This document shows positions 1 to 8,972 of a stretch of DNA of 64,000 bases, in pieces. Within the stretch, counting starts at the first letter, position 1. Each line of letters begins with the position of its first letter. The stretch lies in the IMG/VR virus record IMGVR_UViG_3300033997_000243, positions 186,001 through 250,000 of that record. The stretch is one strand, 5' to 3'. Under the pieces are notes generated by a model. That model was given only the letters and a program-made list of their open reading frames with translations. It did not search any database and was not told where the DNA came from. The position numbers and the translations under genes were made by a program.

Positions 1-230
1 CCGCTATCTATCTTCTGACTTTCTTGAGTTCTTTTCGGTAATAACAATCGATAGTTTTTGTTATCACACAATTGAATAGATGCAAGTTCAAATATATTAC
101 TGTAGCTAAATTTACCTTCGCTAACATTCATACTGTATACCAGTACGGAAATTTTTTGAGAGCAAACATCTACAATAATCTTTGGATAGTCATCTTCCTT
201 GTATGGGTTCTTATCGTACTCAAAGTGCAT
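1..230 (-). CDS. hypothetical protein, runs off the window edge (MHFEYDKNPY...)
   Basis: ATG at 230 with a GAGGG SD; frame open to the window start. Confidence 0.5.
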   Translation of the reverse strand, partial: MHFEYDKNPYKEDDYPKIIVDVCSQKISVLVYSMNVSEGKFSYSNIFELASIQLCDNKNYRLLLPKRTQESQKIDS

Positions 231-270
231 TAACTTTCCCTCTGAATATAACCTAAGCTTTTACACTCGC

Positions 271-732
271 TTACTGTTGGTTCGTACCTTCAACACCGCG
301 CTGTTTGCGATCTTGTGTTCGTGCATCCAACCAATGCAATGCACTTACAATATGTTGCAGCGCTTGTTCATTGGAATTACAAGCGAACGGGCCAGCTTGA
401 AAACCACGAAGTCGGTGAGCGCATATTACCAAAAGATCTTCCATTTGAATTCCATTGACACCATGTTCGTTGATTGGGCCATTTTGGAAATTAATGGCGG
501 CAAGACAAATACTTTGTTCACCGTTAAAAGCGCTTACACTGTAAACATGATTTGCATTACCGTGAGTTGGTAAATCGTCAGCAGTTACAATTGTGTACTC
601 TGTTTTACGAATAGCTAAAACAGCTTGCTTTTGTTCGGCATCGTAATCTTCCATTGCCTGTGTAATCTTTTCAGCAGTAACTTCACCATCTACTGCAATG
701 AAAATAGTTCCTTTTGTTGGATCATCACTCAT
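271..732 (-). CDS. tad1: Tad1-family anti-Thoeris (gcADPR / cyclic nucleotide sponge) protein
   Basis: GNANHVY, INFQNG and DLLVICAHRLRGFQAGPF..N..AL.H...AL.W...R..DR..RGVEGTN match the Tad1 consensus recalled from Clostridium phage Tad1. Confidence 0.8.
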   Translation of the reverse strand: MSDDPTKGTIFIAVDGEVTAEKITQAMEDYDAEQKQAVLAIRKTEYTIVTADDLPTHGNANHVYSVSAFNGEQSICLAAINFQNGPINEHGVNGIQMEDLLVICAHRLRGFQAGPFACNSNEQALQHIVSALHWLDARTQDRKQRGVEGTNQQ

Positions 733-1166
733 TCACTGACCTCGACTTCTTGCAATTGCTCTAAGGGTTCAAAAGTTGATTTGACTCCCATAAGCTTGCG
801 TACTTGATCCATTGCCATTTCACCACGAACAGGTGTAACGCTTAAATACAAATAGTTGTATTCAGTGTGATCTGGATCTTCTGGATTTACATACTGAAGA
901 AGTTCACCAGCTTTCCATTGATAATGATACATGCCAACGACTTTTGTTTCTTCCACTGGATTGCTACTGTTTGAAATAGCATTTACTACACGTTCAAACA
1001 GGTCGGCTGAATAACTGGCCTTTGGGTTGTTCAACCACAAACACTTTTTGTCGAAGTCAACATAAGCCGTGAAATCCGGTAAACTGTGGAGACAGTGAAC
1101 TTCTACAGTCCATCCAGCAGATTCTAAAGTTTCTTTGTGTTGCTCAATAATGCCTGAGTATGACAT
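729..1166 (-). CDS. hypothetical protein
   Basis: ORF with GAAGGA SD; overlaps the downstream start. Confidence 0.6.
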   Translation of the reverse strand: MSYSGIIEQHKETLESAGWTVEVHCLHSLPDFTAYVDFDKKCLWLNNPKASYSADLFERVVNAISNSSNPVEETKVVGMYHYQWKAGELLQYVNPEDPDHTEYNYLYLSVTPVRGEMAMDQVRKLMGVKSTFEPLEQLQEVEVSE

Positions 1167-1199
1167 TTGATTTTCCTTCTAATTGGTGGGTTAAAGTTA

Positions 1200-1991
1200 T
1201 TAAATTTTACAGGCTCCGCCTTCGCAATCTTCCATATCTTCATCTTGTGTTTGAATTTCGATTAAAACATCTGGTATTTCCAGAGAATCAAAATCAACTA
1301 AGGCAAAGTCATCGTCTTTACCTGCTTCAGCACTTAAAGGCAATGTTAATACAAGAACTGGTTGATTCATGTTCACATAAATGCCGAATTGTGCATTTAA
1401 GCATGAGTGAGTTTCACCATGATCGCTGACACTGTAACTACCTTCACGGGTAAATGTTCCTAAAGGAGTATCAGCTGGAAAAATGAAGATTTTGTTTCTC
1501 AGATTTTGCATGTGTTTGGGAAATAAGCCGTCTGTTACTAAAGACACTTCAATATCTTTAATTTTCAAATCAGCTATTTCACCATTCTGCACTAACAAAT
1601 GTTGGTTTTTCGGTTGAAAATGGTTAAACCAAGATTCTTGTTCACTGATAGATGAAAATCCAAGTTCACCAGCCAGCATAATAAATTCTACGCTGTCCTC
1701 AAAATCATCTACTGATTTAATAGCTTCGTAAATAGCATCAGGGGTGAATTGTTTTTCAAGATTAAATTGGTGACTCGCACCATCCAATGTCCAAGACATT
1801 ACTCGATTTTCAAATCCAACCCCAATTTGCTTGTCAGCTTCTGCCTCAAGATGTTCATTCGACATAACTATAGAATCACTTCTCGTTGTAATAAAGCCGT
1901 TCAGCTTAACTCGCTTAAAGAATCGGCGCAACAAATTTGCAGGTTGATCCAAGTTATTCAATACGTTAGTTAAAACAGTAGTTTTGTCCAT
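1200..1991 (-). CDS. hypothetical protein, possibly a degenerate major-capsid-like paralogue, with an NrdA-like C-terminal CEGGACKI tail
   Basis: GAGGTG SD; acidic tail ending DCEGGACKI; weak capsid-like motifs. Confidence 0.5.
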   Translation of the reverse strand: MDKTTVLTNVLNNLDQPANLLRRFFKRVKLNGFITTRSDSIVMSNEHLEAEADKQIGVGFENRVMSWTLDGASHQFNLEKQFTPDAIYEAIKSVDDFEDSVEFIMLAGELGFSSISEQESWFNHFQPKNQHLLVQNGEIADLKIKDIEVSLVTDGLFPKHMQNLRNKIFIFPADTPLGTFTREGSYSVSDHGETHSCLNAQFGIYVNMNQPVLVLTLPLSAEAGKDDDFALVDFDSLEIPDVLIEIQTQDEDMEDCEGGACKI

Positions 1992-2003
1992 TTCGCACCT
2001 CAG

Positions 2004-2360
2004 TTACAGAAAATTTCTGGAATTATTTAAAGGGAATTCTGTTTCTTCTTCGAGATTTTTAGCCGAAGTTATTCGTAGACCACTCATAGGTGAACGTCCA
2101 TTGGCATTCATATAGCGAGTATCTACATGATAATAAACTCTGTTTTCTGATACACGGTCTAAGGCTAAGAATATGGCAAGCACTGACACTAATTCAGGAT
2201 CTTGAGCAAGTTTTTCGTTAATACCGTTAAGTAATTCATCCAGCTTGTCTTTATTAAGTGGAAGGTTCGCATCAAAAACTTCTTGTAATTTTGAGTCAAA
2301 CTCGTATTGAAGATCTCTGTAATCTTCCAGAAAAGCAAACACTTGTTGATGGTTAGACAT
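2004..2360 (-). CDS. hypothetical protein
   Basis: ORF in a packed operon, AGGA SD. Confidence 0.6.
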   Translation of the reverse strand: MSNHQQVFAFLEDYRDLQYEFDSKLQEVFDANLPLNKDKLDELLNGINEKLAQDPELVSVLAIFLALDRVSENRVYYHVDTRYMNANGRSPMSGLRITSAKNLEEETEFPLNNSRNFL

Positions 2361-2368
2361 TTTTCTTC

Positions 2369-2719
2369 CTAAGATTCCTTTAATAAATCTTGTTGTCCTG
2401 AAATACCCTTTAGTAACTGTTCAGTTATCAAAGCGTTCGGTCTAGATCGAGCGTACATAAGTTCGACCAGATAATCATGCAGCGATTTCTCTGGTAAGCC
2501 GTGTTGATCATTTTCACTATCCCAAATAACCTTTCTATTAAAGGATATATAAAATGTCGATTCCACGTACTCAAGTGATAGTAGAGAATATGATTTCCAA
2601 TGATCTTTTGTTTGACCTGATTTTGCAAAACCATCAACTAATTGTTCTATATTGTTATTTATTCTGTCAATGACAGATACAAGTTCTTGCATAAGATTGA
2701 TTGCAGTTTGATTCATCAT
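2369..2719 (-). CDS. hypothetical protein
   Basis: ORF in a packed operon, AAGGA SD. Confidence 0.6.
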   Translation of the reverse strand: MMNQTAINLMQELVSVIDRINNNIEQLVDGFAKSGQTKDHWKSYSLLSLEYVESTFYISFNRKVIWDSENDQHGLPEKSLHDYLVELMYARSRPNALITEQLLKGISGQQDLLKES

Positions 2720-2728
2720 AATATTCCT

Positions 2729-3139
2729 TTAATAGATAAATAAGGGAAGCCAAATATCTGTGAACACTTTTTTAAAATGAGAAGAATGTTTTTCAGCGAA
2801 ACCTTCAAGGAATTCTTGTCGCTGTGCGATAGTTCCATCTGTAGGATCTGCAAATATAGAAACCAAATTACGAGGAAAAGGCTTACCGACCAATTGAGTA
2901 TGTTTTCGATCTAAGTAAGCGTAAATTTGCTTGTTTAGATTTCTACGTTGTTTTCTACGTTGATAAGTAGTCGGAAGTATTTCTTTTTCTTTTGGAAAAC
3001 GCACTAAACAGATATGAAGAGTTTCTGGATGTTTTGCCAAAATTTCTGGATCGACAAGACCTGCGTAGTAGAATACAGATTGTCCTTGCGCCGGAAAATG
3101 CACTTCGAGTGTTCTATCGTTAAGTTTTTTAAATTCCAT
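2729..3139 (-). CDS. hypothetical protein
   Basis: ORF in a packed operon, GGAG SD. Confidence 0.6.
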   Translation of the reverse strand: MEFKKLNDRTLEVHFPAQGQSVFYYAGLVDPEILAKHPETLHICLVRFPKEKEILPTTYQRRKQRRNLNKQIYAYLDRKHTQLVGKPFPRNLVSIFADPTDGTIAQRQEFLEGFAEKHSSHFKKVFTDIWLPLFIY

Positions 3140-3142
3140 TAA

Positions 3143-3493
3143 TTACTCCAGAGTAGAATTGATTTTTCTGTCGAGTGCTTCACGACTTATACCAACAGTA
3201 ATCAACATGTTCAAAACAGTTTCTGCGTGTGGCGCACTACAAACAGATTGCTCAAGATACTGTAATTCTTTTCGCATCTTTTCAATCAAACTTGTTGTGT
3301 ACTTAATGCTGACCATGTTTGCTTCAAAGTTGTTAGGTTTGTACGCTTGTAGCTGACTGACTGGTGGAGGAGTTTTACCTGCACGTATATAACGCTTTGA
3401 CCAAGATTCATATTCTTCAAGCAGCAGTCCAAAAGCTGTTGCCATGTGTTCTTCAGTAAACTGAACGTGTTTTTGTTTTGGATCTGCCGCCAT
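3143..3493 (-). CDS. hypothetical protein (start MAADP)
   Basis: GAGGA SD precedes the ATG at 3493. Confidence 0.6.
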   Translation of the reverse strand: MAADPKQKHVQFTEEHMATAFGLLLEEYESWSKRYIRAGKTPPPVSQLQAYKPNNFEANMVSIKYTTSLIEKMRKELQYLEQSVCSAPHAETVLNMLITVGISREALDRKINSTLE

Positions 3494-3504
3494 CTTATTT
3501 CCTC

Positions 3505-3603
3505 TTAAGACCAATCATCACCTTGACTTTCACGTTTATGTGTTTCGTCATCAGAATATTTTTTGTTGTCAGGATCTGGATATTCTTCATTCCGTTGGCA
3601 CAT
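3505..3603 (-). CDS. small acidic peptide, 32 aa (MCQRNEEYPDPD...)
   Basis: fills the gap between neighbours; GAGG SD; below the ORF-track cutoff. Confidence 0.3.
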   Translation of the reverse strand: MCQRNEEYPDPDNKKYSDDETHKRESQGDDWS

Positions 3604-4081
3604 TACGTTTTTCCTCGAAATCTGATGCCTTTCGTAAAATAATATCCCGCAGTTGAGAATTCAGTAGATAAAGATCTACATATTCTTGCGTATCTTTAAG
3701 ACGTTCACCTCGATTAGATCTCCAATCTTTCATTGGGCCACGATCAACAATTCCGATAAAGTTATCAACCGTATTGTGCATTCTTTCTATGGCCGCATGA
3801 GATACTGGAATTGGCTTACCTATAAAATCAGTTAAGGCTTTTCTTACTTCCAACGCAATAACTTCTTGTGAATTCTCAAACATTTCAAGAAGTTGTTCAC
3901 GAGTTTGTGGAGAAAGAATATTGACGTTAAGGTTTAATGCTTTACTTTCAGCAGACTTTACGGCTTGATCGCAAATTGTTTGTGTTTCTTGCAACAAGCT
4001 ATTGCCATACATCATAGGGTTCAAAGCAATTGACTTTAAATTCTTTTGAATGATCTCTAAAGCAGTTAAAATGTTTTCCAT
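3587..4081 (-). CDS. hypothetical phage protein
   Basis: ORF in the operon; DW...GERLKDT.EY motif. Confidence 0.6.
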   Translation of the reverse strand: MENILTALEIIQKNLKSIALNPMMYGNSLLQETQTICDQAVKSAESKALNLNVNILSPQTREQLLEMFENSQEVIALEVRKALTDFIGKPIPVSHAAIERMHNTVDNFIGIVDRGPMKDWRSNRGERLKDTQEYVDLYLLNSQLRDIILRKASDFEEKRNVPTE

Positions 4082-4082
4082 G

Positions 4083-5030
4083 CTACACCTTAAAATAATC
4101 TTCGGTAAAGATACGTTTATCCATCGGTAATCTTAATTCACCAATCAACTGACCTAGCAAAGAACTATTAACGATTAGCAAGTTTGGCTGGATATTAGGA
4201 TCTTGCTCAACTGTATAACGCTGTGCGTAATAAGCTTTCAGCATTACAATTCGTTGCAATAAATAAGGAATTTTGAAAGTGCTAAGTTGTTTAGGGCTAA
4301 AAGTGAAACGGCCATTGCACTTATTTATTAAATCTTGTGTAATGGTTGGAGGATCTATGCTGTCCTCAAATACCGAATCTGGAAAGAAAGCGGTTTCAGG
4401 GTCGAACATAGTAGAATCTTCTGATTGTTGACCATCTTCAAAATCGTTAACAAACTTTACACCAAGATTATTGGATTTTAGTGAGGGAGCAAATCGAGTC
4501 CCAAACTTAAAATTTTGATTTATGTAGTTGTGTATGCGGAATTCCAAATACTCCTTGTACAACCGCTCGTCCATAACAACCTTTACTTTTGGATGATCCA
4601 ACTTTTTTAAGGTTTCAAACAAGGAAAGTAAATACGCATGGCGGCCATGAACGAAACTTTCACTCACGAATATAAATGTTTGTGAGTTTTTTTCGGTAAG
4701 CAGTTGAATTTTACCTACTGCCTCCGTTTTAAATTCTTCAATCAGTTCATTGCTGTGACTAAAGGGAACTTCAACTTCCAAAAAATTCTTTGAACCTTCA
4801 GTTCCAAATAAATGAGTAAGGTCGTAGGAATGATCATATTGAATAGATGACTCTGAATCAACTTTCATAAGAACAGCAGCAACACTCATTAAGTCACCGT
4901 ACTTACTAAGTGCTTCAACGGAATTTGGTGTAAATGCTTCGGATGCGGCTGAAGCATTATTCACTAAACGATCTAAATAAGCATCACGCATAAAGCGCAA
5001 TTCAGGTAAAGACATTGGAATAATATTCAT
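4083..5030 (-). CDS. hypothetical protein
   Basis: 315-aa ORF in a packed operon. Confidence 0.65.
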   Translation of the reverse strand: MNIIPMSLPELRFMRDAYLDRLVNNASAASEAFTPNSVEALSKYGDLMSVAAVLMKVDSESSIQYDHSYDLTHLFGTEGSKNFLEVEVPFSHSNELIEEFKTEAVGKIQLLTEKNSQTFIFVSESFVHGRHAYLLSLFETLKKLDHPKVKVVMDERLYKEYLEFRIHNYINQNFKFGTRFAPSLKSNNLGVKFVNDFEDGQQSEDSTMFDPETAFFPDSVFEDSIDPPTITQDLINKCNGRFTFSPKQLSTFKIPYLLQRIVMLKAYYAQRYTVEQDPNIQPNLLIVNSSLLGQLIGELRLPMDKRIFTEDYFKV

Positions 5031-5032
5031 TG

Positions 5033-5473
5033 TTAGTTCTCCATTTGTATTTCGATGAATTCTGCTTGCATTCCAAGATTGGCAAGTATAATACTAACCT
5101 GTGTAATGTTTTCACTGGAAATAAATAAGTCACACAACTGGCCAGCTTGATCAGAAGTTTTTATAATGGCTTCCAATTGCTTAATAGCTAACTCAGGTTC
5201 TTGAAAGATTTCAGGATGTACAATAACAAAATCGAAGGGCTTAACATCTTCAGAGTGCAATCCAAGTGGAAGAAAACTGTCTACCATATACTGACTTCCA
5301 ATTTTAATCAGTGCGTTAGCAGCATCGAACAAGTTTGTGTATAGTAAACAATTAGTCCAATTTCTTCCCATAGCCATTGCAATTTGATTTGCCTCTAAGC
5401 CAGCAAACCAAGACATTTGACTTACGGCCAGTGGAAAGAAAGATTCTGGTGTAGTGGAGTGACGTATGATCAT
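5033..5473 (-). CDS. hypothetical protein
   Basis: ORF with ATGA overlap to the upstream gene. Confidence 0.6.
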   Translation of the reverse strand: MIIRHSTTPESFFPLAVSQMSWFAGLEANQIAMAMGRNWTNCLLYTNLFDAANALIKIGSQYMVDSFLPLGLHSEDVKPFDFVIVHPEIFQEPELAIKQLEAIIKTSDQAGQLCDLFISSENITQVSIILANLGMQAEFIEIQMEN

Positions 5474-6255
5474 TTAGATCTCTTTCCCTTATTTTTAGGT
5501 TCAATGTAGGTAACAAAATATTTTGAATTGTCACCAGTATAAAGCAGTGGTACGTTCAACCAATCACAAATGATTTTGCCGAGCTCTTGACCAGTAAGAG
5601 CAATTTCGCAGCCACTGTACATTTTGTTAGCAGCTTTTATGTCTGATCCAGTTGTTATTTTAAACGGAAGATCTTTTTGTGATAATACACGAGTAGGGCG
5701 TTCGCTGTATGGAGTTAGACGAATATCCATTAACTTGGCAATATCATGCAAACACAAATCTAGCATATCGCGCACAACCAACTTTCCAACAAAGAAAGAA
5801 CGGCCCCAATGGAATTCATCCATTAAAGTTTTGTAAAGCAAGTAGCGTTCATCTTTTTGATTCTTTACAAAATCAGGTGGGATAACCACTACTTGTCCAC
5901 GGCCTTTTGAAAAAGTTTCTTTGTAGTCTTGGTTTGTGTATACTGAGCTGGTTTGCAGCATTCCACCTTCAGTCATAATTTGCTGATGAATTATTTTACA
6001 TTCACGACTTGGATATAAAAAAGATTCCACAGAATGAAATTCGGCAATAAAACGAAGAAATACAACTTTCTTACCATTCTTATCGAAGTTGTGGCCGTAA
6101 GCTTTTCCAACTTTACCCCAACGATCTGATTTTGTTGTTATCACACAAATTGTATCGACCGGATTACCAGTCATTAATATGTTGTCGGTTAATTTGTTTT
6201 GCGTGGCAGCCTTGATAAATTCTTTGTATTCAGCTTTTTTAGATAGACTGATCAA
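5470..6255 (-). CDS. hypothetical protein
   Basis: TTG start with a strong GGAGGT SD. Confidence 0.6.
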   Translation of the reverse strand: MISLSKKAEYKEFIKAATQNKLTDNILMTGNPVDTICVITTKSDRWGKVGKAYGHNFDKNGKKVVFLRFIAEFHSVESFLYPSRECKIIHQQIMTEGGMLQTSSVYTNQDYKETFSKGRGQVVVIPPDFVKNQKDERYLLYKTLMDEFHWGRSFFVGKLVVRDMLDLCLHDIAKLMDIRLTPYSERPTRVLSQKDLPFKITTGSDIKAANKMYSGCEIALTGQELGKIICDWLNVPLLYTGDNSKYFVTYIEPKNKGKRSK

Positions 6256-6272
6256 AAACTACCTCCAATTGG

Positions 6273-6294
6273 AAAAGGTGGGACAAAGCCCACC
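6273..6294 (-). terminator. intrinsic terminator after thyA
   Basis: GGTGGG/CCCACC stem followed by a U-tract on the minus strand. Confidence 0.6.
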
Positions 6295-6301
6295 ACAAAT
6301 C

Positions 6302-7561
6302 TTAAATTGCTACATCAGCTGGAATATGACCGCAGTGTTGATAACCTACTACGCGATAGTTTTGTTTACCAAGACCACGCAGATCAGTTTTTTGTTGAGG
6401 GCCAACACCAAAAGTAATTAACAGCGGCAGCGATTTAGAGTTTTCCAGATTGCTACCTTGTGTTTTGAATGCTTCGATATGGTTTTTGTATATGTGAGTA
6501 TCACCAACAAAAATATCCAGTTTACGAGGAATCATTCCGGTGACGGCAGCAACATAGCCATTTAGCATTGCATAGCTTGCTATATTAAATGGAGCGCCCA
6601 AAAATAAATCTTGACTGCGCTGGTACATGGCTAAACTTAATTCGCGTTTAGTCTCAACAAGACCGCTCATTGAAGCCAGAATTTTTAGCAAACTTACTTC
6701 GGACATTTCATACAATTCATTTTCAGTATATTCTACTGGAAAACCGTTGATTGTTGTTTGACCGTCAATTGTGTAAACATTATGAATTGCACGTTCTCCC
6801 ATAATGTTTTCGCCAGCATCGGCAGAACCAAATTGGAAAATTGTGTGACAGGCAGGTAATGCTTGCTTACCAATTTCAACCTGATCTTTTGGTGGCAATC
6901 CATCAACAGGAATTACGTTTGGATTCCAAGCATCCACAATAATACGACGACAATCTGGATAGTTCTTTAAACGATAGATCGCGTTTTTGATCTGATCAAA
7001 TTTGCGAATGAAATAATGCGAACGTACTTGAGTAGCAGGGTTATCAAAATACTCGTAAGAATAAGTTGATTGGCCTTGCAAGCGTGAATCGTTTTGATCG
7101 CAAACATCATCTGACAATGAACGTAAGTAATCAAACTTTGTTTCAAAGTAAGGATCTGTTGAGACAACACGATGAATTTCTTCACGACCTCGCCACTGCT
7201 CACCGTATACTGGGCCAAGATCGCCATTAGCATTTGCCCAACCATCCCAAATGTGAACATCTTCATCCAAAAGTTCTTGGATGTTTGTTTTGCCATCTAA
7301 AAACCAATGTAACTCTTTTGCGGTTCCCCTTAAAAACAATTGTTTGGTTGTAGGCATTGGAAAGCCGCTAAACAGATCTAAAGCTAAATGTTCACCAAAA
7401 GTTTTAATGGTGTCTTGCTGAGTTCTGTTAGATGAAGATGTGCCGTTGTTCAGAATTTTTTCGGCAAGAGCTAAAAAGTCAAAGTCAAATTGGTTTGCAG
7501 GAACTGCGTCACCAAATAATGCGTAACCTTGTTTTAATTTTCCAGGTGGAGATTTAGTCAT
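6302..7561 (-). CDS. thyA: thymidylate synthase with two insertions
   Basis: TTK, GDLGPVYGEQWR, RRIIVDAWNP, LPACH (catalytic Cys), YQRSQD.FLG.PFNIASY and GDTHIY motifs. Confidence 0.95.
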   Translation of the reverse strand: MTKSPPGKLKQGYALFGDAVPANQFDFDFLALAEKILNNGTSSSNRTQQDTIKTFGEHLALDLFSGFPMPTTKQLFLRGTAKELHWFLDGKTNIQELLDEDVHIWDGWANANGDLGPVYGEQWRGREEIHRVVSTDPYFETKFDYLRSLSDDVCDQNDSRLQGQSTYSYEYFDNPATQVRSHYFIRKFDQIKNAIYRLKNYPDCRRIIVDAWNPNVIPVDGLPPKDQVEIGKQALPACHTIFQFGSADAGENIMGERAIHNVYTIDGQTTINGFPVEYTENELYEMSEVSLLKILASMSGLVETKRELSLAMYQRSQDLFLGAPFNIASYAMLNGYVAAVTGMIPRKLDIFVGDTHIYKNHIEAFKTQGSNLENSKSLPLLITFGVGPQQKTDLRGLGKQNYRVVGYQHCGHIPADVAI

Positions 7562-7571
7562 CGAAATTTCC

Positions 7572-7988
7572 TTAGTTGTTTTGAAGAATAAGATTGCGAA
7601 TTACGTCATCGCTTTTTAAAATGTTTTGGCGAACTGATTCCATGCAACCTGTAACCGTTGTTTCGAGTGCTTGCAAACTTTGTTTTATTGAAAGCGAATC
7701 AAATATGAGGACATTGATTTCTCTTTCAAGATCGTCCAGAATATCATCAGGATTAGTAGAGGATTCTAAAGCATGTTGGACAATCTGAATTATTTTTGAC
7801 TGAAGTTCAGTGTTGCAGTCTGCTTCCTGCATTATGGATTCTGGAAGTGGAACCATAACACAAGAATCTATTTTGGTAATTGTGTCTGTAAAATAATACT
7901 GAACAAATGGGCCTTCTGACAATACAGCAATTTCTAAATTGTCCTGTAATAAAGAAATGGACACAAGATAAGGTGTTAGTTTAACCAT
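7572..7988 (-). CDS. hypothetical protein
   Basis: AGGAG SD; upstream CTGTAAAT motif. Confidence 0.65.
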   Translation of the reverse strand: MVKLTPYLVSISLLQDNLEIAVLSEGPFVQYYFTDTITKIDSCVMVPLPESIMQEADCNTELQSKIIQIVQHALESSTNPDDILDDLEREINVLIFDSLSIKQSLQALETTVTGCMESVRQNILKSDDVIRNLILQNN

Positions 7989-8025
7989 TAGTTTTCTCCT
8001 GTATTAACCTTGGATTTACAGTATG
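7986..8025. repeat. 40-bp direct repeat, copy 1 (RBS plus putative promoter)
   Basis: cattagttttctcct-N10-tggatttacagtatg, repeated 460 bp downstream. Confidence 0.9.
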
Positions 8026-8028
8026 TTA

Positions 8029-8448
8029 TTAGGCAGGTACTTCAACATTTGCCCAAAATACAACAGTTCTTCTTACCGTATCTCCCTTCAATACCTTGTG
8101 TTTTGTATTAGGTGGCATCATTATAACGTAAGGTAGTTCACTACTTTGCATAAATAACAATGATCCGCCTTCCCGCCACAATCTTTTATCTTGCGTTAGT
8201 TCAATAATAAAAGTGTGTGCGTTTGGAAAGGCACTATCAATATGTTCACTAATATGATCATCAGGTGCATATTCATTGTATCGTGCGTGAATAATATCAG
8301 CACCTACAAGAGACTGCAACCGCTTATAAATTGGGTTGTCAGGCTTTATGTGATGATGTGAAAAAGATGCACTAAGTTTCTCACTGTTTTCTGTGTAACG
8401 ACACAACTTTTTGTTAGGTAATTCTTTTAACCAATCAGGCACTATCAT
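8029..8448 (-). CDS. 2OG-Fe(II) oxygenase superfamily protein
   Basis: Y..Y...HID (HxD), distal H and RRTVVFW motifs. Confidence 0.75.
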   Translation of the reverse strand: MIVPDWLKELPNKKLCRYTENSEKLSASFSHHHIKPDNPIYKRLQSLVGADIIHARYNEYAPDDHISEHIDSAFPNAHTFIIELTQDKRLWREGGSLLFMQSSELPYVIMMPPNTKHKVLKGDTVRRTVVFWANVEVPA

Positions 8449-8485
8449 TAGTTTTCTCCTTAATTACCTATGGATTTACAGTATG
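8446..8485. repeat. 40-bp direct repeat, copy 2
   Basis: identical 15-nt outer blocks shared with 7986..8025. Confidence 0.9.
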
Positions 8486-8518
8486 CGTATAACAAGAAAT
8501 GTTGAAGTGTACAGACAT

Positions 8519-8544
8519 AAAAAAAGCTGACCGAAGCCAGCTTT
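8519..8544 (-). terminator. intrinsic terminator closing the leader-family operon
   Basis: GCTGGC-TTCG-GTCAGC hairpin followed by 7 U on the minus strand. Confidence 0.8.
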
Positions 8545-8554
8545 AAATATTGGA

Positions 8555-8962
8555 TCATTGAAACTTAACGGTCTTACCCAAATCTTTTGTATTTACTGAA
8601 TACACGGAAGTGGATGGTGGACGTTTGAATTTAATTTCTTTTTGATCCACTGAAACAATTTGTACGGTAGCCACAGGTTTCCATGCTGGTTTTGCTTTGT
8701 CTGTGCCGATTTGTGCAAGTCTCTGCATTACATAAGTATTTCCAACTTTAGGTAACTTAGGTTTTGGCTTGCCTGTGACAGAAACTTTGTATTTATCGGC
8801 TTCTTTTATATCAGCCGCTAATTCTTTTTCAGCTTCTTTCAACTTGAGTTTGGCGTCAGATACTTTATCCTTAGACTTGGCAACTTTTGCCAAAAGTTGA
8901 GCATACTTTTTATCGTCCTTTAATTTGGATGGAACCGAACTTGTTGACACTAATACCTTCAT
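8555..8962 (-). CDS. leader-family protein (MKVLVSTSS), basic coiled coil plus small beta-barrel
   Basis: start reassigned to 8962 by the AAGGA SD and the shared leader. Confidence 0.75.
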   Translation of the reverse strand: MKVLVSTSSVPSKLKDDKKYAQLLAKVAKSKDKVSDAKLKLKEAEKELAADIKEADKYKVSVTGKPKPKLPKVGNTYVMQRLAQIGTDKAKPAWKPVATVQIVSVDQKEIKFKRPPSTSVYSVNTKDLGKTVKFQ

Positions 8963-8972
8963 TTTTATTTCC

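Noticed and set aside
6302-7561. dCMP/dUMP hydroxymethylase for modified DNA
   Set aside because: Canonical ThyA motifs including the PFN Asn; no base-modification cluster is evident nearby.
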